A model generated the notes under the pieces. That model was not told the origin of the DNA, made no database searches, and was given only the letters and a program-made list of their open reading frames with translations. DNA of 63,615 nucleotides, filler included, from Nemertoderma westbladi (taxonomy: Eukaryota > Animalia > Xenacoelomorpha), in the NCBI GenBank assembly GCA_032718475.1. It is 3 parts of 3 records of this genome, joined end to end, with 100 filler letters (N's around TTAATTAATTAA, not from the genome) between each part and the next. Parts side by side here need not be neighbours in the genome. Positions count along the whole stretch, not along the records: positions 1 to 22,596 come from JAUCBJ010003204.1; 2 more parts are not named here. One strand, written 5' to 3'. Below are positions 9,937 through 22,400 of this stretch, one piece after another. Each line of letters begins with the position of its first letter. Position 1 is the first letter of the stretch. A program made the translations under genes and the position numbers.

Positions 9937-12900
9937 CTAAACTCTAAGGGATTCCTCGATCTTCCATCGATTCTTCCAGCAGGCACTCTCCCACTGCCCC
10001 CCTGTAGGTCCTCTTGTCCTTCGCCCCACTCTCCTTGTCAATTTCAACTCTCTAGGAATTGATTCTCCCTCCTCCACCACCCTAAAATTGGGTCTTTCAG
10101 TCGCCTTCTTGATTTCCTCATGGTCCCCTGGCAGCAAAATGCCACCCTTCATCTTGTTGTCACCTGGCGGTAGAATGAAAAAAAATCGAAAGAATAGATA
10201 AAACAGAATGGATAATAGTAACGCTATCCCTTTCCACCATGTCTTCTTATTTGACCTCCCCCTTTTCGGTATGCCTCTCAACTGGACCGGCGTCTCCTCC
10301 GGACACTTCTCCGGACATCTCGCCGTCCACTCTTCTCCATCCTCATACCGATACTTGCCAGGATCATCCTTGTTCCATCCCATCGTCTCTAAGTCTTCCG
10401 CGTCAAATCCATTCTCCTCTGCCCACTCTCTTGCTGTTGCTTCCCCTCCTAATTCATCTACCGACAGTATTTCTCTGGAACTATCCTCTATCCTTTCACC
10501 ATGCTCTACTATGCGTGGTTCCAGATCCATACCCAACTCCTGGAATCCTTCCCCGGGCCGCTTCTCACATGGGACCTCCCCATCGCCCATCTCTGGTTTT
10601 TCCTCTACATCCTCAACAGTGCCTGATAGCATGCACCCTGATGTCTCCGACACCCTGAATGGAATCTTGGTTTTAATTGGGCCGCTAAGAGTCCATCCGA
10701 ACGGCGTGAGAATCGCCGTCGGATCCCGCTGTTTATTCTCTCCGAATATGGTCTGTACTCTCTCGTGGGCCGTCGGACAATCCATTCCGACTATGATGGA
10801 TACCTTTGAGACATCCACTTCCGGTATTGAGAAATCGATATCGTCCAGGAACCGGTATTGCTCGACCTCGATCCTGGTGGGTCGCCTGGCATTTATATTA
10901 ATCGATTCTATTATCTGAATGGGGTTGATGGTCGCCCCATAATCACATCCTGGTGCTATTGCTGATATCTCGCACCATCCCATTCTCATCTCCAGGACCT
11001 CATCCTTGCTCGAGATAGTAGTTACTGCCATCCTACTCGGCCATACCCATCTCCTCGGCCACCCAATTCTCCACCAGCGTGAAGGCTGCTCCGCTGTCGA
11101 CCAGCATCAATGTCGTGACTGATCGGCCGCCATTTCCTGTTATCCTCACTGGTACTACCCCGAGTAGAACTTTCCTCTTTCTCCTTGCTCCCGTCGTGCT
11201 CGTAGCCATAGTTTGGCCTCCAGTCTCGTCATATTCTATCGGTGTTTCTCTACACTCTCCGAATCTGTGTCCTTCTACCACGCATCGATGACATAGTCCG
11301 TTTGCATCCGCGTAGGCTACCTGATCTTGTTTAGGCAAAGCTTGCCAATGCTTACAACTCATGGTCTTATGGGTTCCATCCGTATGCAATTGACATTCGT
11401 ATCCTGGATTGTAGCATTCCTTGTATAGCCCTTCACGTATCATGCGTAGGTTCATATCTACCAGTTTAGTGTTTTGGTTATTTGGACTCGGCCTACTGGG
11501 TGTGTTGAGATTATATTTGTTCGTGTTGTTATTTTGTTTCTGTCCCTGCCACGGTGTGGCCCTACTCCGAGCTATCTGTGGACTTGTAGTCCCCTGTGTG
11601 GCTGCATGTGGTAGCGACTGTCTCACTCTCGGGAATGCATCTGCCGGATTATGTTCGGGTTTTGGCCTGTTGTATTCGGCTTTCGGCGCCTTCCCCAAAC
11701 TATCCTCACTGTAGACTGGGTCTGTAATCAACTCCGCTTCATAATTAAGGAAGTTCAACATCTCCTCTAGCCCTGGCTCCGCACCTTTCTTCTCCCGAGT
11801 GGAGAAGGCGATCTTCCTCCACTTATTTCTTAGCCAGGTCGGCAGTGCCTGCGCTATTGTGGTAATGTTATTCGATGCGTTGAGTTCGTAAGGCACATCC
11901 AAGGTCTTCAGCACAATCAGCGCCTTTTCGACCTTATTCGCAAAAGTCTTGATGCTGACAGGGTTATCCTGTAGCCCACCTGATGTTATTCCCCTCAAGG
12001 TTTGCCGGATGATCTTGGCAGGGTATCCGTATTCCCTGTCTAGGGCCCGCCATGCAGTCGTGAATCCACCCTCGATACCTTGATACTGCCTTACGATATC
12101 GGACGCTGGGCCCCCTGTGTAAACTTATAAATATTTTAGGCACTCCACCTGCATCAGATTCTTTATTAATATTTCATTACTGTACATGCGTCGGAATTGC
12201 AGATATTCATCCGGTCTGCTCCCATCGAATTTGAACGGCTCCACTGGTGGCAGCCGATCCTGGTCTTAAGCGCATCGATGAGTGTTGCCATTCCCATCGC
12301 CTGTATTTCTAGTGGGCTCGATGGATGCTGTACAGACTCCCCTGTTGCTGGGTGCGGTTCGCCAGTCGGGCCTGTCGACCTCTTCTGTGTAGGATATATC
12401 ATTGGGGGTAACGGTCCCCTCCATATCTCTGTATCGCATGATTTATTTTGTCCAAGGGGTTCGGGGTTTTTGTTCTTGGTTGAGTGTATTGCTGATATTG
12501 TAATGGGGGAATGTCACCCTGTCCCCCTCCCCACCGGTGTTATATTTGGTATTGGGGTTGATGTTACCATGGTACGGCCCATACACCTATTGGCAATAAC
12601 TCCCCCCTCCCCTGGGTATATGTTATATCACTGCATATTATAGTCATACTGGTGTGCACTAACTGGTACTGGTTGCTCTAAGTAAGCAAATCTATTGCAG
12701 TATCGGTCTCTTTAACCGGTGAGGCAGAAAACAGTCTACGAACGGACAAACTTCGATAATACGAAATCCCGCGCAGCGAATCCTAACAATCGTGCTGACT
12801 TGCTGACGGACTAAAGGCGTTCGTATACTTTGCCATGGTGTGATTTATATGGGGTGGGGGTTGCTAGCTAAATGTCTAACTAGCGGACGAACTGCGGCGT

Positions 12901-13574
12901 GGACAAAATTATTTTATATATTTTGAGGTGTAAATAATTCCTAAATGTTGAATTTTATAATCGAAATTTAGTTTTGGATCCCTTCTACATTATATAATTT
13001 ACTGGGTCCGGTGTGCATTTTACAAAATATTCTAATTTTGCGGTCTGTAGGTCTAATACTTACAGATGATAAGGCTCCTTCCCATTTTGTGTATTTCCAG
13101 GACTCAATTTCAGGCATAAAGTTAGTAACTACGCCCGGAATTCGGCAATTTAAATCTACCAGGTCCCTAATACTAAGAAGAAATGTGTTAGTTTACTACA
13201 GTAGGCGTACAGTTACAATAGCTAGCCTGGTCTCCTATCTAGAATTTTGGTTGCCTAGGTGGGCACGGCAACTTCTTATCAGAATGTCGGCGGGGACACG
13301 GTAGGTGTTAGTATCCCAAATAGCCCTAATTGTAATGCGCCTAGTACAATAAACTGCCCAACCACCTGAACGGTACAATCCTGATTCAGGCAAAACACGG
13401 TAACCTTCTCCTGGACTACAGACTTCAATACAAGCAATGGACACCGTTGTACTACTAAATAAGCCACCAGCGCACCTATACCCGGCAAACAAGTTAGGCG
13501 TACAATTTTGATGTACCCTACTAATGTACATGCCCCGTAATGGTGTGCCTGTGTCCTATCTGTGTACTTGTATC

Positions 13575-13669
<95 letters not shown>

Positions 13670-14626
13670 TCCTTCTCTCTCCTCTCAGTTCCTTGCCACC
13701 CTCTCAGCCCTCTCTTTACACTCTCTCGCTAACTCTCACTCTTTCTCTAATAATGCGGTTCCCTCATCCAGTTGCCTCTCCAACTCCTTCTGATCCAGCG
13801 CCACAAGGTCTAATTGACACGCCAGATCTATCTCTAACACCCTTCTTGCTTTTGCAGAGGATGTTTGCAGCAGACTTATCGGTCACAATGGACTCCCGTT
13901 GCCTCTCTGTCCTGCTAACTTTGCCCGCTTTCTGGGGTTCTCGCTGACCGACGACACCGAATCCTCAGGGTTAACCTCGGGTTCGCCATCGTGCGGGTCC
14001 GCCCAACCCACTAACTTAATTCCCCTAGCATCCACTAAGTAAGGCCCTACGTACACTACCTCTGGCTCCATTACCCCGGATCGCACAGTTCCGTGGCGAC
14101 CCCCCTCGCTCTCTCACTCGCCAGTTCTCCCTGTCCAAAACGGACTAAATATCGAAAATGTTTATTCGACTCACCTAGCCTCTGGTATAGTTTAGGCTGG
14201 TCTACCTTTCTCCCCTCCTTGGCCTCTTTAAGTAGTTTCTTGGTGGCGTTGTCGGACTGTCGTAGCCGATGACTCGTCCCAATGTCCTCTTCGTCGACTC
14301 CGCCTCCTCTCCTTGTCCGGCGTCATACCGGCGGCCCCACCATCGCCATTCCAGTGGGCCGCCCGTCGCCTACGGCCTGTGGCTGGCCAGTGACTTCAGT
14401 ACTCCGACCGCCGTTGTCGTCGCGCGTCGATTCGTCTCCCTCTCTCCTTCGTAGTTGACGGCCGCCCTCAGCTTGGGCTACCGGATCGTCCCTCGTCGGC
14501 GAATCCGGCGTCGCTGGCCGATACCGTCGCGTTGCGTCGTGGCCTCACGGATCATTTGGTTGGTGTCGTCCGGGTCCGCGGCGGTGTCCTCTCTCCCTCT
14601 GATAATCGGGGCTCCCTGTCGCTCAT
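9937..14626 (-). pseudogene. BEL/Pao Gag-protease polyprotein, disrupted, with novel acidic + transmembrane C-terminus
   Basis: VNPEDSVSSV motif (~13960); E/R coiled coil; LPPVEPFKFDG..EY..F...CLKYL*VYTGG...AWRALDREYGYP (DUF1759-type gag); Cys/His knuckles (CQLH..H..C, CHRC...H...C); protease LVDSGA and ..PFGWTLSGP; several stops and frameshifts (e.g. 11033/11031). Confidence 0.88.
13577..13668. repeat. (CT)n microsatellite
   Basis: ~90 bp of CT repeat; reads ERERER on the minus strand at the end of the gag coiled coil. Confidence 0.95.
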
Positions 14627-14682
14627 CTTCTTCTGGCTGTCTTGCAGTCACCGTTTTTAGTTGGCAGGTGGTAGTTAATGAC

Positions 14683-15338
14683 TGTGACGGGATCGGAGAT
14701 CCTGACCGGGTTAGAAATGTACGCATCACCTTTCTGCTGGGCAGTCGTGCTAGCTACTTGCTTTGGCCGAAGGCCGTTGGGGAAAACAATAAGAGTTTGT
14801 GTTATTTCTCAATATTGATTAACATAGACGATAATAGCACGTCAGTAATGATACAGATACAATAGCAGAAAATACAGATTAAACGCTGTTAATGGTGGTG
14901 ACGGTCATTAACTATGACCGGTCTGCACTGACTGAATAACTCAACTGACCGGTAAATCAGTAATGTAGGATAATATATGGTTAACACACATTGATATTGA
15001 TTTCACCTCTTACTGTACTTTGGCCCTCTGTACCCAATGGATGCTTTCCTATCTCTAACCACGTGCTTCCCTCCCCACCATTGGCTAATATACTAATTGT
15101 CACTTTGGCACACCCTGTGAGTGTTTCCCCCCACTGCTAGCCTCTACTAGCTGTGTTCCCTCCGAGGTGGTTTGAACTCTCACCTTTCTCTATGGCTTTA
15201 GGGTGTGTGTCTCCCCCCCCCCCAAAGTTGGTTATGATACGAGATTAATATTAGTAATCTCGTATCCCCAACATATTGCTAAAATGCCACTGGTCCCATT
15301 TTCTGGTGGGTAATGAAGTGGAATTGAATCCGCTTACA
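14683..15338 (-). repeat. 5' LTR (656 bp)
   Basis: Pairs with 2770-3426; TATA-like CATATATTA and Inr-like TCAGTT ~30 nt apart on the minus strand (~14975, ~14946). Confidence 0.95.
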
Positions 15339-17258
15339 GGGGACACAGCTATTATTGTCTATAGAATACAAACCTGTATCATTGCCATACTACGAATATT
15401 TATCAATGTCGCAGTGTCTGAGTGGAAACAGCGCCTGAACCTCTTTCACAATAGCGTTTAGCTATAAGGCTCAGAAATAAGACACAAGGCTGTATAAATT
15501 CCTAACTGTTAGTGTCCTTAAGCAAGAAACTAGTGTTTAGGCAAACCCTCGTTACAATAGGAACCTGGCTTCTTTAGTGGGAGTAAAGATAGGGTTGAAT
15601 AGATATGGAGGTTTTACCATCAGGAGTTAGTGTGGCGCCCTCCTAGCTTTCGAGTTATTGTACACACGTCAATGGATCACTTTAATTTATTTTACTGTAT
15701 CATCGCCTATACTAAATAAAGCTAACATGTATCTGATCTGCAGATGCAGATCTGTAAAAACATGGAAACGGATGAAATAGATGGAAAAACTGTTGTACTA
15801 TATTATACAAAACATATATCGGGCCTAAATGATAATTTTACGGCTCGTCCATAGACGGGTACTATATTATACACAACATATATAGGGCCTAAATGATAAT
15901 TTTATGGCTTGTCCATAGACGGGTAAAGAGGTATAGAGGATCATCCATAGAGGCGTTTAGTAATCCAGAAATTTAGCAAGGATTATTATGATTTTATTCC
16001 AGAAGCAAGGTGTTCCATAAACTGCACAGACTATGATGATGGCGAGGGCGATGTATACTTTTAACGTTAACAAGAATGTACGCACATGAAGACATTGCGT
16101 TGGCACGGACATACAGGGAGATGTACTGTACGTGTTCGACTACGGAAAGTTGGAGAATATTCAGTATTATTCTTTGGTCGGAAATGATGAGAGAAAATCG
16201 AAGATTCATAAATCTATCGCGACTGTAGGCCTTCTGTAAGGAATGTTTCCTGGAATTAGTGGAATTTAAGAGGAATGTATAGGGTCCACAAAGGCGGTGT
16301 ACTGTAGCTCAGTTGGTTGGACGCCGAGCTTACAATCTATTGGTTGTACAGTCCCGCTCTCAAAAAGCATTCCTTTTATCAAACTTTGATCAAACATTGA
16401 TCAAAGTTTGATCAAAATGTGTCCATAGAGTAGCATTGAAAGTAGCATTGACATTGAAATGACATTGATGGCATATTGAAATGACTTTGAAATCGACGTA
16501 CCGAAATTCCAGACTTTCTGTCTCATATTGAAATGACATTGAAATGATTTCAAAGTAATAGTTTACATCTCTCTTCTGCGGCAAGCCTTTGTACTCAGAT
16601 TACCACCAACAATAGCTTTTGTTAATGGCCAAGCCGCGATGTGATTGACAGCGCAGCAGATGGAGCTTGCTTGAATTTGTGGATGGACAGCGAATAGATT
16701 TACAAGGCTGTGTTGTGGTAGTGTCAGACTGAGTCTTGTAGTGCCTATTATTACACTAACTAGTGAAGAAAACAGCCCTTGGAATATTTTTAAATTATTA
16801 TTTATTATAAATTTGTTTAATGTTCCTTAAATCTTAAAGCCTACCCGGGTAGTAGCTATCGAAAGATAAGTTCGCCAGACTGTTTTCTTTTTGTAGGGTC
16901 CACGATATATGTCAGATAGTGGCGCAAGTTGGCCTCAAATAAAAAAAAAATCTACATCGCAAATTGGTCGAATATGAAATATACAGTAGTTAGTTTATTA
17001 TTTTGGTTAGAAAAAGGACGCCACTGCAGCTTTCAGAGACTATCCCCTACTGTAGTAGGCCTACAGGATAAAAAAAGAATTATGGAGCTCAAATGGAATG
17101 AGAGATTCTGATTCTGTACTTGTTCGCAAGTAGCTAGGCCATAATGTATCAATAAAAGAATAGTAATAAAAATATGATTTACTCCACTATTATTGCCAGC
17201 ACGAATAGATAGATCTACAGTATATTATAGTAATAATTGCAGTATAAATTATATATAC

Positions 17259-18200
17259 CTCCTCACCTCCGCATATATATTCATTTGCAGTGTCAACGAG
17301 TGTTACGTAGCTGATGGCACAGGAATTACAAAGCGGTTTTCCCCTGTATATTTTATTTATTTCTCCACATTTGTTTTCTTCTGGACAAAGGTCGCATGGA
17401 TCCTCATCTGGGCCTAAATTAGAGAAGTACTGAGTTCATTAGCATACAGTAGATGACCAATATCACCTGTTATACAGTAAAGATCTGCTGTCATTGAACT
17501 GTAGGCACATTTATTCAAACTTACAGAGAAATGGAATGTCATCGATCTTATCAAAGTAGGCGACATTGTCACGGTAGGTGTCGACGATAGTACTAAGTTT
17601 GGTGTCTGAATCTCCGCCAGTTTCGAATCCACAGAAATTCACTGCATTCCAGGCCCAAACAACCGCTCTGCATAGACGATTGACACCGCATTCCTCCATA
17701 CATTCATTGTAAGAGCTGATGTCTGTTTGAGTCGTTAGATTCACTTCTCTTAGGAAACTTTTGTGGCAAGGAGAACGAAACTTTGTAACCCATTCAACTG
17801 GAATGGAAACAAACGTGATATACAAAATACAGAATTGTAATTTATTTGTGTGAACCGGCAATGCGACTGGATCTAGAATATTTTTTACTATATAATATCT
17901 GATAAATAATGAACGCATCTCACCTTTTTTTGTACTAATCCATCTCCTTTCTAATGTATCAACATACCAGCTGTCCATTCTTTCAAGACAGCTATCGTAG
18001 TAAAGCTTACAGACCCCTTCGTTGTAACTGAAAGCCGTACACTGGTCCCTTTGTTCGCACTTAATGTTACATAAAGCGGTAGAGGGAGAGGTTGTAGAGA
18101 ACGCAGTAGCGGAGGGATTCGTACAGAAGTTGTTAATGTAGATTTTGCCAACCGAATTGTTTATTACAGTGATTGCGATAACAAAGACTCCAGTATACAT
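17259..18200 (-). CDS. Secreted PAN/apple-domain Cys-rich protein (at least 3 exons)
   Basis: Hydrophobic N-terminus; two C..KC....CTAFSY / CMEEC....CRAVVW motifs; exons 18200-17924, 17797-17525, 17413-~17259 joined by GT-AG introns in phase (..FLC|PDEDPCDLCPEENKC..). 3' end unresolved. Confidence 0.75.
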
Positions 18201-19176
18201 TATGATGAGTTTATTTCTTTATAGGATAAGTTGTAATATAGTTATCCTGATTATGTAAATATCTCTGGAGTAAAAATCTCAACAAGATAATAACCCATGG
18301 TCTGATCGAATACTGTATATTTTTTTCTTGGGAGGAAAAGATAATGTAATTATGTTTTGGTACGCAAAAGGTTAACTGATTTGTCGAATAGCTACTCTGC
18401 TATGTTCTTTTATATAGGCCTATCAGAGGCCATCAATTCGTTTGTGGCCATCAACTCCGCCATAATACTGTAAACCAGATATTCAAACACTCTAAATTGT
18501 AAATTTATAATTAAAGGTACTGTAGGCCTATTTATTAAACATTGTTGAACTAAAAGCACCAATTTTTAGAAGGATTTCGCGGAAATAAATCCAAATTTGC
18601 TCTCAAGTTTATTTCCCTGAATTCGTCAACGTCATTCCTTTAATAGTTAGGTCTACAGTAAGATATAATGGGGGCATTATACTAGGTAAATGGTATTAAT
18701 TAATGAATATGCATAATATGCATATTCAATCACTGTATCTCTTTGAGATTGTTATTATTATTATATATATATTATTATATACATTGTTATTATTATATGA
18801 ATGTATAAATGAGTCATATTATGTCTCACTTTTTTATACATTCATATATCGCCCCTTTCATTTTGAAATTGAAACCACCTATATGCCATTTTTGCCGAAA
18901 TGGAGGTTGCTGCATTTCTTTATGTTAAAATGTATTCTGAATCCGATTAACACAATTGCCATACTCCCACGTATAACTGAGATTTTTATCGTTTTAAAAC
19001 ACAAGCGGGTCATTACCGAACACTTTGAAATGGCAGAATGGCTGCGGGGCGGGAAATTCGAATATTTGCCGGTTAAGTATAGTTGCAGTGTGCGGTATTA
19101 CTGTATTATGCCTAGGACTATCTGCTATCTAGCTATCTGCTTGATATCTGGATACAGGGATATGTCCAGATGTCGT

Positions 19177-19449
19177 AAATATTACTGTCAGACTGTAGGC
19201 CTACCGATGTTATTGATACAAGTGATATATGGAGTATGGACGATTATTATTGCACATTGTGTAATAGAAATATTACTGTCAGACTGTAGGCCTACCGATG
19301 TTATTGATACAGTGATATATGGAGTATGGACGATTATTATTGCACATTGTGTAATAGAAATATTACTGTCAGACTGTAGGCCTACCGATGTTATTGATAC
19401 AGTGATATATGGAGTATGGACGATTATTATTGCACATTGTGTAATAGAA
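19177..19449 (+). repeat. Three tandem ~90-bp copies containing the transposase start codon
   Basis: AAATATTACTGTCAGACTGTAGG...ATGGACGATTATTATTGCACATTGTGTAATAG x3. Confidence 0.95.
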
Positions 19450-22400
19450 GCTTTTCCCGACAATCGAACTTTAATGCCCACCAACGTAATGTTCACAACG
19501 CGTATATAGAAGCCAAAGTAGGAAGAAGAAGGTCGGATGGTGCCAATACGAGTACCGGTACCGCTACTACAGTTCGTACGCCTATTATCTGCACCATTTG
19601 TGGATCGAGTTTTACAAGAAATTCTACGTTATACGCACATGGAAGAACGGTGCACAATATGATAAATAAGTTTTCGCGTGGGCGGAAACAAAAGAGCGAA
19701 TCATCCAAAATCGCTCAAGCTGATCAGGGCTCTTTACGTAATTTAATACATTGTCCTGCGAAAGGGAGTTGCAACTTCCACTGCAAACGAAGAAATGATC
19801 TTATACAGCATTTTGCCGATGAACATGAAAGCGAGTTGCTTGAAGAGCAGAAATTAAGTTTTCAGTCAAAATCGGAGTTTTACACTTGGAAACAAGAGGA
19901 AGAATCGTCTACCCAACAGAGGTACAATTCTAATACCGGGCCCAGAAAGATAGTTAGCGAGGAAACTGTTGTGAGATACTTTACCTGCTTTAGAAGTGGA
20001 AACTACAAACCCCAAAATACTAAGAAAGAATCGAATGTTCAAGGATCATGTAAAATTAATAGTTTTTGTCCCGGGGCAATTACTGCACGCTTTCATAATT
20101 CAGGTGCGTTATTATTTATTTTTTTAAAACTATTTTATATTCTTAAATTGTTACTTTTTGATCAGAATATCCCCCAAAATCGGGAGAAAAAGGACCATTT
20201 TTTCCCTAGGAAAAAAAGTATCACTTTTCGAAAGTGCATCGAAGTAGAAAAGGTTTGCACATAATTTGAGCAAAATCCATGCACATACCGGTACTCAAAA
20301 GTTATTGCAACTTTAGTGTCTGCAAGAAGTACTCCAAAACGGAACTCAATATCCAACACAACGTAATTGTATTATGTGCGTGGGGTGAGCAAGTGGGGTG
20401 CGTGAGGTCTGTCAAATGCTAGGTCCTTATTTACAAAAACTGTTTTTTTCTTACACTAACTGACTTTAATAATTGTACTGTATTTGTTTTAGGAGTTGTT
20501 GATGTTACCTACCAGCCGAACCATGTAGGTCATGATTCTGAATTGTGCCACTTGAAGTTAACGATGCAAGAAAGAGTTGAAGTTGCAGGTAAACTTGCAG
20601 CCGGTATTTCAATGGATGATGTTCTGGACTCAGTACGCTTGGAACTTGATAATTCTAACGTTTCACGTTTGCACTTAATAACCAAACAAGACATTAAAAA
20701 TATTGCTCGTGATTTCGGATTAAACAGTGCCTACTTGTATCACAAGAATGACGCAGAGAGTGTAGCTGCGTGGATTGAAATAAATAAAGCCAGTGGTGAG
20801 AATGTTGTCCGATTCGCAAAGTTTCAAGGTGACAATGGGAGCGAATTACTAGATTCAAACGATTTTATGTTAATTATTATCTCCGACCTCCAACTTTACA
20901 TGTTAAAAAAATATGGAATTGCCGGATCTGAAATTGCGATGGACTCAACCCACGGTCTGAACCAGTACGACTTTCAGTTGACAACACTCCTCGTGATTGA
21001 CGACCATGGAGAGGGATTTCCGGCATCATTTTGCTATAGTAATAAAGTTGATACGAGCGCTATGAAGGTTTTTCTTAATGTTGTAAAAGATACTATTGGT
21101 TACCCCCTCCTGGATATTGTGTTTATGAGTGATATGGCGGAATCATATGGGAATGCTTGGGTAGAAATAATGGGTAGGCCAAGCGTGACACTTTGGTGTG
21201 TTTGGCATGTGGATCGAGCCTGGAGGAAGAATCTTTCAAAAATATCTGGTAATTCCCTTCTTAAGGCCAATATTTACAAAAGTTTACGGTTTCTAATGGG
21301 AATCCAAGATAAAGAGGAGTTTCATAATTCACTGCAAATAGTATTGAGTGACCTTCTGTCAGATAAGAATACAGAAGACTTTGGGCGTTATTTCGAAACT
21401 ACATATTCCAAAGTTCCGGAATATTGGGCTTACTGCTACCGAGTTGGCTTGAAGGTTCATCACAATATGCATCTGGAGGCCTTACACCGCACTATAAAGC
21501 ATGTCTTTCTTGAAGGGCGTAAAGTCAAACGTCTGGACAAAAGTATTGAAACTCTAATGAAACTTATTCGATTCAAAGGATTTGATCGCCTTCTTAAATT
21601 ACATAAAGGAAAACGCACTCATCATTTGTTGGGTATCACAAAGAGGCACCAGGAGAGTCTGAAATTTGATTCACAGAATGTTTCGTTCACTGGTGCACAT
21701 ACTTGGGATGTCAAAAGTCTTTCCAATAGTGGTGAAGTATATACTGTGACGCACAATAATGCAGTTCACAGTTATATATCTTGTCCACTTCTATGTAAAT
21801 ACTGTGAAATATGCTGCCATACTTACGACTGCAGTTGTCCCGATAACTCCTTGAGGCTTACAATATGTAAGCATATCCATTTAGTAGCCCGCACTAATCG
21901 GGGACCTTTTGATACTATTGGCAATGAAGACCATTCCAGAATAGACGTTCCAAGACCAGAAGAACCGTCCGTTTCCTTAACTTTCCCAATTGAAGAGATT
22001 GAATGCCAATCGACAGAAGTTGTTGAAGCTCCAATCAGTGAAACCAGTGAAATCAGTGAAATCATAATTTTATCTGAAACGGCATCTAGAAAATCTACAC
22101 AATCTGAAATAAAAGAACGAATTGGGAAAGTTTTCTATGAAGTTATGGGGAAGTTAGAAACCATTAATGACCAGGAAACACTCCTTTCTGTTGAGGAGAA
22201 AGCCAAATCCTTGCTGCCATTTGTGACGGCTCTAAGATCAAAGCCAAAACTACCCGTAATTCCTCTCAGTAAATCTCCTGTAAATAAGAAATCAGTTTTG
22301 CAGCGGCGTCTGTTTTCAACAAAGAAGCGAAGAGCAATTAAATCCACCCGTTTATTAAAGCCAGACATGCGCGAGCAATGGTTGATTAAACGATGCTTAG

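Larger units (their letters stand above)
2770..15338 (-). mobile_element. BEL/Pao-type LTR element, non-autonomous (Gag-PR only), 12.57 kb with cargo
   Basis: Paired TG...CA LTRs (2770-3426, 14683-15338); 5-bp TSD GGGGA (2765-2769, 15339-15343); minus-strand PPT; BEL-type gag and protease on minus strand; no RT/RNase H/IN recognisable. Confidence 0.93.

Noticed and set aside
10208-10918. 236-aa + strand ORF
   Set aside because: Ser/Pro-rich antisense shadow of the Glu/Gly-rich minus-strand frame.
13524-13947. SLSLSL ORFs
   Set aside because: Products of the (CT)n microsatellite.
18703-19509. 268-aa hydrophobic ORF
   Set aside because: AT-rich composition plus read-through of the 90-bp triplication; no domain; overlaps the real transposase start in another frame.
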